A stretch of DNA of 57,982 bases, the filler included, from Asterionella formosa (Eukaryota), in the NCBI GenBank assembly GCA_002256025.1. It is 5 parts of 5 records of this genome, joined end to end, with 100 filler letters (N's around TTAATTAATTAA, not from the genome) between each part and the next. Parts side by side here need not be neighbours in the genome. Positions count along the whole stretch, not along the records: positions 23,240 to 34,755 come from NKIB01008407.1; positions 34,856 to 46,370 come from NKIB01008408.1; 3 more parts are not named here. One strand, written 5' to 3'. This document shows, piece after piece, positions 25,798-36,075 of the stretch. The notes beneath the pieces are model-generated. The model was not told the DNA's origin. It saw only the letters and a program-made list of their open reading frames with translations, and did no database searches. Made by a program: the position numbers and the translations under genes. Numbering within the stretch: position 1 is the first letter of the stretch; every line of letters starts with the position of its first letter.

Positions 25798-27048
25798 TTA
25801 AACAACGTGGTGGTTGTTATCTTCGGCCGTAACAATCGATGGATGAGACACAGTGTATCGCAGCAATATATCCTTGACAAAGCGTTCGACAATATATCCC
25901 GTCAAACCCCAGATGACATGCGGTCCTCCCACAAAGATGGGAGCAAATCCTTCTCGATGAATCCAAAATTCTCGTTTCAACAGAGCAACCAGCGGTATGG
26001 TAAATACTTCAGCCACTTCATCAGGATTTGGTTGAAGATCTAGATCCCCCACTTCTCCCACAAAAGCCACCAGCGGTGTAACAGCAACGCCCACTAAATG
26101 ATGAACATCTCCCCAATTGCATCTCAAAATGCCCAATACATTTACGGGCTCTGGCAGGTTCATAATTTCTTCATGCATTTCTCTCAAGCAAGTGGCCACA
26201 ATACTTTGATCCGTGTCCATGGATATACCCCCCGGCAAGCATACTTCATCTGGATGTGCTCTAAGTGTCGTGGCTCGTTTCTCGAGCAACAAGGATGGCA
26301 CTCCATGTACGTTGGCCAAACACAAGACCACACCTGCTCGTTTCTGATGTGCAGATGTAACTCTTCGTGGCATTCTCATTAATGCCTTTCGCAACAACTC
26401 TAGTGACTCACCATTCAACTCATGTGTCAAGGATAAATTCTGAAATGGTTCTCTCCTAGCCAATACATGTTCATGTTCAAATGGGCGCAGTAGTGTCGTA
26501 ACTTGTTCCATATTCCCATGTTTCAATAATTCAGCAGCATGCTGCAATACTTCTTCTCTATCACGTAATGCTGATGCCAACGATGCCACAGTATAATTTT
26601 CCATTAGCAATCTCATATCTTCAGATGGGTCTTCTCTCAAGACCCCCAATTGTCGTTGCCTCATCCGACCACCTTGTAATTCTTGTTTCCCAATTCGTTC
26701 CAAGAGTGAAGATATGTGAATAGTATCAACAATTGGTTGTTTCCAATAATAGCGAGAGTCCGAAGTTGTTGTTGTTGTGGATGAGTCATTATTCCAGACT
26801 CGTTGACTTTTATTCAGTCGTTGTTCTTGTTGTACCGATGATTGAGGCCTGTCAACTCTTGTTCTCAGTCCTCGAATCTGCGCATGCCAACAAACATTGT
26901 GAGCAGCTGCAGCAGCACTGCTACTGCTATTAGTAGTTGTAGTATTCCTTGTCCACAATGAAAGAGATGCTGCTATCGACCATGATGATGACAAGGACAA
27001 GCGAGAGAAGGAAGGCAACTTGTTGCTGGGGATGAGGAGCTTGATCAT
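25798..27048 (-). CDS. Nudix hydrolase, CoA pyrophosphatase subfamily (NUDT7/NUDT8/PCD1-like) with a probable organellar targeting N-terminus
   Basis: CoAse motif LLEKRATTLRAHPDEVCLPGG, Nudix box CLREMHEEI, PNPDEVAEVF, IWGLTG; Ser/Arg-rich N-terminus. Confidence 0.92.
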   Translation of the reverse strand: MIKLLIPSNKLPSFSRLSLSSSWSIAASLSLWTRNTTTTNSSSSAAAAAHNVCWHAQIRGLRTRVDRPQSSVQQEQRLNKSQRVWNNDSSTTTTTSDSRYYWKQPIVDTIHISSLLERIGKQELQGGRMRQRQLGVLREDPSEDMRLLMENYTVASLASALRDREEVLQHAAELLKHGNMEQVTTLLRPFEHEHVLARREPFQNLSLTHELNGESLELLRKALMRMPRRVTSAHQKRAGVVLCLANVHGVPSLLLEKRATTLRAHPDEVCLPGGISMDTDQSIVATCLREMHEEIMNLPEPVNVLGILRCNWGDVHHLVGVAVTPLVAFVGEVGDLDLQPNPDEVAEVFTIPLVALLKREFWIHREGFAPIFVGGPHVIWGLTGYIVERFVKDILLRYTVSHPSIVTAEDNNHHVV

Positions 27049-27217
27049 TTTCCAACATTAGTCGAACAAATGCCATCCATCATTGCAAACTTGCATGTTA
27101 TGCATGACGCTAAGTACATCCTCTCATCAGGAGAGACAATGACGAAGCAGTTGGATAAACTGTCATGCCGGTACCTGGTACCGGTACATTACTGCTACTG
27201 TACCCAGTAGAGGACCT

Positions 27218-27311
27218 GCAGTTGCGGTCATTTTGCTTAAATAAACAATTTAATATGGGTTAAAGACACTACAGCTAAAGATTTAGTTTTAGCACAATTA
27301 CCGCAACTTGC
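27218..27311. mobile_element. ~90-bp MITE-like fold-back element, copy 1
   Basis: gcagttgcggtcattttgct...agcacaattaccgcaacttgc; homologous to 34443-34532. Confidence 0.75.
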
Positions 27312-28479
27312 TCTGGTTCCTCCTTACTTTTGAAGTACTACATGAATGTCAGGTGCATACCTGGTAACTTTGAACATCACTTGACTAGAATCAAAAAGAA
27401 ACCTGGTAAACTTAACAACGATAGTCTAGCCATGACAGTACACACCCTAATTCCACTTTTTGCATTCCTACCAAAGAACACATAGTTTTTGGTGCAATGG
27501 AAAGACTACTGACATAATTGGCTGCTTCCTCCCTGCGGCTCTGCATCAATCATTTCTGTAGGTTCATCAACTTGTTAGTACTTCTTGAAAGCAGCCTCTT
27601 CAAATACTACCACATTTGAGTTCTGAACTCTCAATCTTTCTTGTGAAATCTTGTCACTTGTCCTGATACCAAGAATAGACAGAAGTCAAAACTCACTCCT
27701 TCAAGAGAGTTCTTGACTGGTGGCTTATGTCGTCCACCTTGATTATTTTTGAAACTACACCACATTTGACATTGTTTCTCAATCTGCTGTATGATGTACT
27801 TCCAAAAAATAAGCTAGCAGCTTAGACTTTCCTGGTAGTGTACCATTACATAACATACGGTAGCTACACAACTGATGGGGTTTAATTATTGTTTTATAAT
27901 AGATCATGCATATCTTGCTAAGAAGATTGTAAATACATGATGCCGTGATGGTTTGCCTTAGTAATATTACCATAAAACCGAAAAATTGACACCACAGTTA
28001 GTAAACTGGGTTGAATTTTTCGAATATCAAAGTACTGTTGTAACACATAAATGTATCAGTTCACTATGCACCTATTCAAGAGAAACTACAACAAATTATG
28101 TAGCTGCTATATATTTTTAATAAAAGTTACCCTAGAATACTGGGCATTGAAATGTTATTGAGTAAGGAGGACCCCCCACCATCGTTTCATTTTGCCATTG
28201 GTATCTCATCATTTGAAAAGGTGCATTGTATCCTGGTGCCATGACTACTCGATTTGCACTGATAATTTCCATTCTCCACATAAAGTTGTATCTCAAATTT
28301 GTATCACAGGAGTGTTTCAGAGTGTAACATGGATTATCAATGACAACAGGCCAGTGACAAAAAGATGCATTTCCCTCCAGAAAATTTTGATGGTTGACCA
28401 GGCAGGAGTGGTGTAGAAAAGAATTATGTAAAGATATCAGATCAATCATGTCCTCGATAAATGAGGAATTCGACAACAC

Positions 28480-28740
28480 TCATGATGATGACAGCATTAT
28501 TGGGGAATTAATTTTTCTCTATCATGTAGCTCAACAACAAGACACATCATCCAAGAAATAAAGGAGCAAAGGCATGGCAACGTCAAAGAATTTCATGGCA
28601 ATCTCACATGGAAAAAGCTCAGTCAATGATTTTGCCTTTGAGAAAACATACAGAATGTCACACCATAGAGCCATCACAAAGTTGCTTTCAATGCTGGAAT
28701 GACAGGTTGTAATCAATTTTTCCAAATGTGGCACAGCTGA
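28480..28740 (+). pseudogene. Decayed fragment of the PIF/Harbinger transposase N-terminus
   Basis: Encodes AFEKTYRMS and NFSKCGTA, identical to peptides in the transposase at 45368-46370. Confidence 0.7.
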
Positions 28741-28901
28741 GGAGATGTCACCAATAACAATCTATAAGCATTAATATGATGAAATGCTGTTCTTTGCATA
28801 TTTTCGATGAGCCAAATACTGTTGTCTAAACTAATAATATTTCGTATAATACCAGCATCATTTAGAGTAAAATGTATTCAAAATTTAGTTGTATCTGATT
28901 A

Positions 28902-29774
28902 TTATACCACTTCATCCTCCTCCTCCTCATTTTCCTCGTCTGTTTGGAAAAATGTATAGCTCAATGTGATGTTACTAACATGGCTTAATTGAGGATCCTT
29001 TGCAAAGTCTGGGTCAATAAAGAAAAAGACTGGCATATCGACTGTCTCACCTGGCAACAGCCTCTGTTCTTCAAAACAAAAGCATTGAATCTTTTGAAAG
29101 TACAAGCCCGCCTTGGGTGGATACACATTGTACGTGGCAACTCCAGTGATGGCCTTTGTCGAGTGATTCGTCACAGTAAAGAAACTGAGTGCCGTTTCCC
29201 CAGGCACAACCTTCACATCAAGCTGTGTCGGAACAAAAGTCCACGGCAACACATCCCCAACCGTACTATCAAATCGAACTGTAATTAATTTCCCATTCTC
29301 GATTGGCTTCAATGATGCCAGCTTTGCAGCTGCTTCTTCGTCTGTCCAAGTATGGACTCGACCCGTGTTGCGAACTTGTGGCATTTGATTTAACAAGTTC
29401 TGGACAATCCTGGGCACTCCCAGTGCCTCGCGGTCCTCCGCCGATTGGGCCCAGTCTTGCAGTGTCACTCTCTGAGTCGTCCCACCAAATCCAGTCGCTT
29501 GGCAGAATATCTTATACAAAGGGACACTGGCATATGTAGCACCGAGTGCTCCAACGACAATGGCTGCAGTGTACCAAGCCAATCGCTGATTGCGTTCTTC
29601 GATGGAGAACGTGTTGTTGCTTGTTTTGTTGCCATAACCTCTGGCTTTGTAGAAGTCGTAGGCTTTCTTCTGAGCAGATTCGGCGGAAGAGGTACTGGAC
29701 AAGGAACGGCGTGGGGACATCAACCAGCGGCGAGAAGGAGACGATCGAAGCAGTAGTACTACCATGGGGGCCAT
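28902..29774 (-). CDS. COX11: Cytochrome c oxidase assembly copper chaperone Cox11/CtaG
   Basis: YASVPLYKIFCQATGFGG, VVPGETALSFF, GVATYNVYP, YFQKIQCFCFEEQRL, ITLSYTFF; mitochondrial-type presequence. Confidence 0.98.
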   Translation of the reverse strand: MAPMVVLLLRSSPSRRWLMSPRRSLSSTSSAESAQKKAYDFYKARGYGNKTSNNTFSIEERNQRLAWYTAAIVVGALGATYASVPLYKIFCQATGFGGTTQRVTLQDWAQSAEDREALGVPRIVQNLLNQMPQVRNTGRVHTWTDEEAAAKLASLKPIENGKLITVRFDSTVGDVLPWTFVPTQLDVKVVPGETALSFFTVTNHSTKAITGVATYNVYPPKAGLYFQKIQCFCFEEQRLLPGETVDMPVFFFIDPDFAKDPQLSHVSNITLSYTFFQTDEENEEEEDEVV

Positions 29775-30413
29775 TTTGTTCGACTATACAGAGATTTAAT
29801 TAAGAATAAAAATGATTTACCAAACGCCCTACCGGTACTATCATGTCCAAGGATAATTATCCTACCTACGGGTAAAAGGACTTAAGTTCTGCCAGTTTTC
29901 GCTATTACAGTACCTGGTACCAGGTACCAGGTAGAACCGGTAAATACCAAATAAAACTGTACACACTCTTTTCTATTACCGAGTACCAGGGTACATACGA
30001 TATACAATGGGTATTTTTCCGGAGTCAACTTCACTACCGTACCGGTACAGGAATGTCGGTTGAAATACCGGTAGAACAAGTAAAGGTAAAAGATGTTTTT
30101 TATTTAACAATAAGAAAACGACCTATTTTCTCACTTAAAGGAATCGCCCTGTTTTTGATGGTACTCTGCTACATAAAAACTCCGAAAAGTAATACCAGTA
30201 TGTACTGTACAAAACTTGAATTTATGTGCCGGTATGAATTATTAATTTTTCTCCTATGTACTAGGTGCCGGGCTATCGCGGCTAAACTGAGCAGTTTTGT
30301 TCTACAGATAACGAGATGATACCGCAAAAACCAGTTCCTCATAATTCTTTCAATTTCAAACTGAAACGGAAACGGAAACTGTCCAGGGTTTATATGTAAT
30401 GAATGATCCTTCT

Positions 30414-30720
30414 AAAATTGGCAGGCCCACCCATTAGGAGGTGAGGTCGGGGGTTCGATACTGTCGAATGCCCCGAACTGTATCACGGACCCATAGGTAG
30501 GGATAAGGGCTGCAAAGGCACGATTTCCTTCTCTGCACCAAGCACGGGAGATAGGGACATATAATGTCCCCCACCACCTAATGATAATCCGGCATGATGA
30601 CAACCAGGTAGAATAGGGACCGTCAGTAGAAACTGTGTACTCCTTTGAGCGGTACAAGAAGCAAAAGCTCCTGCTAGCAAGAGAAGATACGGGAAGCGTG
30701 CAAAACTTCCCCCCCTACTT
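30414..30720 (-). ncRNA. Unidentified structured RNA candidate (~300 nt); strand tentative
   Basis: GC-richer island in an AT-rich intergenic region with at least six hairpins, several using G-U pairs on the minus strand, and ending in TTTT. No known family motif recognised. Confidence 0.4.
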
Positions 30721-31053
30721 AGGATTGCTCATGTTTAAAATTTCTTTTGTTACGTGGTATACCGGTATGCTGTAATTCTTCTTTTTATCATTATACTTTT
30801 TTCATCGATTTTTTTTGTTGCTTCCACGGAATTACTTTCTTTCAACAACAATGGACACAATCTTTAATTTCGATTGAGTCTGCTGGTGTACGACCGCCGA
30901 ATCAGTAATTGACAATGAAGACAAGGCAAACATATAGCTTCAATCACAACGACAATGATAAAATCCAAGCATATAAGAAAAAATCGATGAAGCAGTAAAA
31001 TATTCTAACTTATTGTACATTTGCCATGTTCTCGTAGTGGCAAATGAATCTCA

Positions 31054-33039
31054 TTATGGAGGATGATCGTGCAGAGCCTCTGTGGATTCTGCAGCAGAGC
31101 AGATTGGCACTTGCTGTAGCGAGTAAAATGAAGTCGGCATAGTGGCAGTAGCAGTAGCAGCCATATTTGAACCCATCCCATGTAGGTCTATATTGTCAGG
31201 AGGTACGGGTAGGTACAATGAACCTGGTGGAAGTACATCCATACGTTTGCTAATGAGATATTGCACAGTCGCTACACCTTGAGCCGTTGGTCCTCGAATA
31301 GTAACAACTCTATTCCTTGTTCCTGGTAGATATTCACCTCTCTGACTTATTCGAATGCGTGTACCCGAAAGGAACTGCATCTCGTTCAGTGTTTGACCAC
31401 CCCTACCAAGAATGGACCCAATTAGGCTGTCAGGAACAGCCACATGAGCTTGGAAGCCAGGAGGTTGGTGAGTTGGTTGGGGAATCTGGAGAGGAAACGG
31501 AAAGCTGTGATCAATTTGTGCTGATGGTGGCTCCGAGACTCGCAACGACTCGTGCATTTGCATTGCAAGCAGGTCAGGTGCCGACATGCTTCCGGATATT
31601 GTCCTCGCTGCTCCATATCCTGAATGTGAGCCGTAAAAGATTGCATTATGTTCGGCTTGTAATGGTGTTCGAGCTGGGCTATGCTGCTGATATAATCCAC
31701 TTGCCTGCGGAGAGTGTGGTACAAGCAGTCCTGGCATGGAATTGTAGGAAAGTGTGTTCTGTGGCATGTGGGAAAATTTTAATGGCGATGTTGGGGACAT
31801 TTCTTGTTGATCTTGAAGTTGGTTATTCAGAACAACAAGATTGTCGTGAGACTGGTGTATTGCACCATGAAATACACCGCCTCCTTCATGCAGAGGTGAG
31901 ATTCCTGGAACAGGGCCGCAAGGAGCTGGCATGCCCTGCGCTCCAGCAACTGCATCTAGCGCATTTGTTGGCAATGTTCTCAAATAACTTGTCGTCATAT
32001 TGGCATAGCGACTGATATCTGGATGAGCGGCCATCCCATCTAGAATAATGAATAGACACTTGATACAACTTTTCAGATCCGACCCAGCAATTGAAACCAC
32101 GCGTTCTGCGGTTTTCGACAGTTGTCTGGTTCCTGCAAATCCTTGTGGTTGTGGGGGATACATTGCTTCCTGTAGGAAATCTATTCCACCTCCTTCTTTG
32201 GGCGACAAGTTCACGGAATAAACACCAGAGGAGTCTACCATATGCTTGACGTTTGTTCCTCCCTTGCCAATAATCATTCCACAGCATGGGGTTGGTACAA
32301 GAACTTGGACCACAAATGAAAAAGCTGGTATGAGGGTGTGTGTGGTTGGATCAATGTTAATCCCTCCATATGAAGCGTCATGATGTTGCATCATGGCACG
32401 CTCTGGATGCTGTCGTGGCCAGGTTAAGTGGTGGTAGTGCTGTTGTTGCTGAAGCTCATAGAGCCTGGTCAACAGCATCTCAGCAGCCCTCTTAATGTTC
32501 TCTGTATGACCTTGAACCAGGCAGACACGATCTTGTGTCCCGGGATAATAGTCACCAGATTGACTGAGCTTTATTCTCGTTGATGACTGTGCTTGAAGAT
32601 CAGATATTGTTTGGCCTGACCTGCCAATGATTGATCCAGCAACATTGTTGGATACCAAGATCTTGATAGCGGCAGGAAAAGTTGATGCACTGTATCTACT
32701 GGACCTATGGTCATGGTCTGGTACGTCCGAAAGAATCGGCGAACAAGCGTTGGCGGAAGGATGATGTTCCCAAGCTGGAGGTTCTGATACTTGTTCAACC
32801 TGTTTAGGAGCAAGATGAAAAGTCTCTGTAGTAATAGTGTCGGCTTTAGCAGATAGGATGGCAGCAGTCCTTTCGTAGAGGTCAGGAGGTGAATTCCTTG
32901 TTGTTGTATCGATACTTGTGGGACTGACGGCAGTGCCAGAAGTACTTGCAGATGGATTTGGCAGAGGGGTGCTGTCGTTCTCGTCGCCGTCCTGGGACCT
33001 ACCTATTCCAAGTGAAACACTATATTTGTGCTGACTCAT
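31054..33039 (-). CDS. Three-KH-domain RNA-binding protein, NOVA/BTR1-like
   Basis: KH1 IKILVSNNVAGSIIGRSG..IKLSQSGDYYPGTQDRV; KH2 VLVPTPCCGMIIGKGG; KH3 VAVPDSLIGSILGRGG..IRISQRGEYLPGTRNRVVTI. Confidence 0.93.
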   Translation of the reverse strand: MSQHKYSVSLGIGRSQDGDENDSTPLPNPSASTSGTAVSPTSIDTTTRNSPPDLYERTAAILSAKADTITTETFHLAPKQVEQVSEPPAWEHHPSANACSPILSDVPDHDHRSSRYSASTFPAAIKILVSNNVAGSIIGRSGQTISDLQAQSSTRIKLSQSGDYYPGTQDRVCLVQGHTENIKRAAEMLLTRLYELQQQQHYHHLTWPRQHPERAMMQHHDASYGGINIDPTTHTLIPAFSFVVQVLVPTPCCGMIIGKGGTNVKHMVDSSGVYSVNLSPKEGGGIDFLQEAMYPPQPQGFAGTRQLSKTAERVVSIAGSDLKSCIKCLFIILDGMAAHPDISRYANMTTSYLRTLPTNALDAVAGAQGMPAPCGPVPGISPLHEGGGVFHGAIHQSHDNLVVLNNQLQDQQEMSPTSPLKFSHMPQNTLSYNSMPGLLVPHSPQASGLYQQHSPARTPLQAEHNAIFYGSHSGYGAARTISGSMSAPDLLAMQMHESLRVSEPPSAQIDHSFPFPLQIPQPTHQPPGFQAHVAVPDSLIGSILGRGGQTLNEMQFLSGTRIRISQRGEYLPGTRNRVVTIRGPTAQGVATVQYLISKRMDVLPPGSLYLPVPPDNIDLHGMGSNMAATATATMPTSFYSLQQVPICSAAESTEALHDHPP

Positions 33040-34354
33040 GTATGGGTCGTTGTCGTCCTGAATTGAGAATGAGATTCAAAAGCAATACAAGTTAGATTTG
33101 CCTAGAGTTAACGAACGATGCACTATTTTGACGGGGCATTGACCAAAGACTCCTAAATCATCTTTCAAGAAAGAGGCAAATCGACTTAGTGTGTAAACTT
33201 ACTCTTCTCATGTCCATAATAAAGGCAGAACGTTGTTTGGCTTGTTTGTGTGTCAAAATGTATGTTTCTCTTACACACCCTTACTTTCAACAGCAATTAG
33301 TCTTGGTGATGATAGAGTTGTTGTTGTGAACAATGTGACTTTATATTCTTTCTCAAACTCCTTTCTTGCTGTTTGTTGGGAAACAAAAAAGGTTTCTATA
33401 AACGAAAACGAGTTTCAAGGCTTGATCAAGCTATACCCTTAGAAGATCATTGGGTCTGACTTGAGCTTCGTTGTCGCTTCTTCCTGACAAATTCTCTCAA
33501 TGTCAATGGTAGTCAATGGTATAATGTGTCCGAGTGATGATGTTGGGATGTTTTAAAGCTGGCGGCCTAAAAGTCCTGTCGTCGTTTGAGGTAGTATGCA
33601 AAATATATATGACACCAACAAACAGAAGAAGAACGATGAATGGGATTGAGATGCAAGCAAATCAGTAACAGTTAAAGGAAAGCCACGCAAATGAGAATAT
33701 TTCATGTTTACACACACCAAAATGGATGATGAATGAAGAAAATGGACGCACGTACTTGGCCTAATAATGGCGGCAAAAAAATCTTTCTTCTTATCTGACC
33801 AGTCCCTTCCTTGACTATACAATGCAATTGCTGCAAGTCGTTTCGATGGGAGATACGATGGGCAATGTAACGATAATTACGAGTATTTTATGTAATGCTA
33901 TATCAAGATGAGGCAACATTCATCCCTTTCTTGCGGTTTCTTATTTCTATATATCTAATACCTACCGGTTTGTTTGGATTATTATTCTTACATTACATTG
34001 TACCTGGTACCGCCTCGGTATAGGTATATCAGCATACCGGTCCCTTTTAGGTATTCAAACGACGCAGGGTTCGAGGCTCGTACGTACGTCATAGCTCAGA
34101 AAAGGTGGCTCCTGGAGTGCGTTGCGAGTTTCTCGCCAACTCAAGTTATGTGGAAGTTGTGTAGAATAATAGAAACGTACTTGCTCACAAAATGCTCAAG
34201 AGGGGGAAGCAAACATTACGTCGACATACATAGCTACCCGTACTCCTCCAGTTTCAATTTGCGTACTGAATGTATTTACCGGTATTGATTATCGGTGTAG
34301 CCCCAACTTGTATTTACCGCTACGTGGGGAGTACGAGGTAGTTAAATTACAGAG

Positions 34355-34585
34355 CACCAGGTACCAGGTACCAGGGTACCAGGTACCAGCTACCAGGTAC
34401 CAGCTACCAGGTACCATGCATGGTAGACTATCAGGGTACCTGGCAAGTTGCGGTCATTTTGCTCAAACTAACATTTGAATCTGGGATAAAGATAGCTAAA
34501 TCTATAGTTTGAGCAAAATTACCGCAACTTGCTGGTACCAGATACCCTGGCACCATACCGGTAGACTCCAAGGGGTACCATGGTA
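34355..34585. repeat. ACCAGGT/GGTACC low-complexity tract
   Basis: accaggtaccaggtaccagggtaccaggtaccagctaccaggtacc... Confidence 0.9.
34443..34532. mobile_element. 90-bp MITE-like element, copy 2, with 28-bp TIRs
   Basis: gcaagttgcggtcattttgctcaaacta versus reverse complement of the right end gcaagttgcggtaattttgctcaaacta (27/28). Confidence 0.8.
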
Positions 34586-34755
34586 TTACTTGTAAAAATC
34601 AACCCAGGTTGTATTTTTCTGTAGGCCTCAAGTATCGTTCTACTGCGGATGGTAAAATACCTTGACGGTATTTTTCCGTACTTGATCACGAGAAAATACA
34701 GTATTGTACAACAAAGAAAAAATCAACCCGGTTGCATTGACGGTTGATTTTGTAC

Positions 34756-34855
34756 NNNNNNNNNNNNNNNNNNNNNNNNNNNNNNNNNNNNNNNNNNNNT
34801 TAATTAATTAANNNNNNNNNNNNNNNNNNNNNNNNNNNNNNNNNNNNNNNNNNNN
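34756..34855. other. Artificial contig linker
   Basis: Same N44-TTAATTAATTAA-N44 structure. Confidence 0.98.
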
Positions 34856-35327
34856 GAGGCATTAGTTGAAGTAGCCTGTTTAGAGTTTTAATACGAGCTC
34901 CGTAATCCATTACCAACATGGAAAAGGGTTTAGATAAATAACGTAGCATTCATTGTCGTTGATGTTGAAAACTCTCATTTGGTAAACGATCGTCTAACCA
35001 TAAAGCCATCGCTTCTTCGAAACTATCGTAAGATTGATCTTCTGGGTGTACTTCCACATTCAACCAATCCGATAAGGCAATGTCTGTCAAACACCTTTTA
35101 AAATAGGAAAAGGTATCTGCAGGGCTAAAGTCACATGTGTTAGCCATATCACGAAATTGACTAACTCCAATTAACAATGCTTCCACCGAGCTTCCATCGA
35201 TCATATCTTGATCAAACGATTCAAACCTTCCACCGGTTAAAGCAACTCTGAACGTTTTAGTTTTGATAGTCAATACATTGTAGTCTTTGATCAAAGGAAT
35301 CACAGGAACCCTTGAATACATTGCCAT
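34856..35327 (-). pseudogene. Retrotransposon gag-like ORF (probably Ty3/Gypsy), one in-frame TGA, cut by the contig end
   Basis: The frame continues past TGA as MLRYLSKPFSMLVMDYGARIKTLNRLLQLMP, resembling the Q..Y...KP..M....R...LN gag pattern. Possible TGTAT...ATACA LTR at 35429-35664. Confidence 0.5.
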
Positions 35328-36075
35328 GTTTGTTGTCTTCTAATTCGACTCTTTTTGAATTCAAAGTGAAGTATCTAACTAGAAGTAGTAGTATTTGTTG
35401 AATATATGAGCTTATTAATTAATCCTTATGTATAACTCATTTCCTGAACTGACATCAAAGTATAGAATGGGTGTTAGTCGAGTTCTCTCATTATTGAATT
35501 CCGATATATTTGACATAACCCCAACTCTATATATATCTGTATCGATGTGCAGGATTGCTCACCAGGTACCGGTATTCTGTTGACTTTCTTTCCTCTTGGT
35601 GTCGGCAACAAAATGATGTACGGAATGAAAATACCGTTAGTAATATAGTTAGTATAAGGATACATAGGGCTTGACTGAAAATTGGTCCGAAAATCCGACT
35701 AAATAATTAGCATTTTGCTTCACTCATCAACGTTTAAGATGGTGTCTCATTAACTTATCACACTTCTTTAATGGTACTGAATCCAATTGTGACGTCTCTT
35801 GGAGTATCCCAAGAATTAAGGTTGGTGCAGTACAAGGAGTGCGTTTGTTCACAGTTGCTACGTCATCCATCAATGACTTCTCACCGGGGTTCGGTAATTG
35901 TTCTCGTTCCCTGCTTTCAACAACTGAGTGCGGAGAGCCAGCAGGTGCCGGTATCCCGCTGAAAATATCGCAGTGCCGATGCAAAAATCAGACTACCAGG
36001 CACCAGGTACCTGATACCGCTAAAGCACAACAATCAAAAGCATTTATCTGCACAGTATAAAAGTCAAAAGGAAAT

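Noticed and set aside
30400..30480. tRNA gene (GAGGTCGGGGGTTCGATAC)
   Set aside because: The T-stem and acceptor stem do not pair; no cloverleaf.
30414..30720. U1, SRP, RNase P/MRP or telomerase RNA identity
   Set aside because: Only partial resemblances (ATTCTACCTGG, TTGCAC loop, CGGGGCATTC). No SRP helix-8 motif, no paired P4 halves and no CTAACCCT template.
31317..32015. 232-aa ORF antisense to the KH gene, and similar shadow ORFs over MMS19, AAA and pol
   Set aside because: No recognisable motifs; expected by-products of coding sequence on the opposite strand.
34590..34755. Imperfect inverted repeat (aaaatcaacc...ggttgatttt) as a MITE
   Set aside because: It abuts the contig end and is single copy here, so termini cannot be defined.
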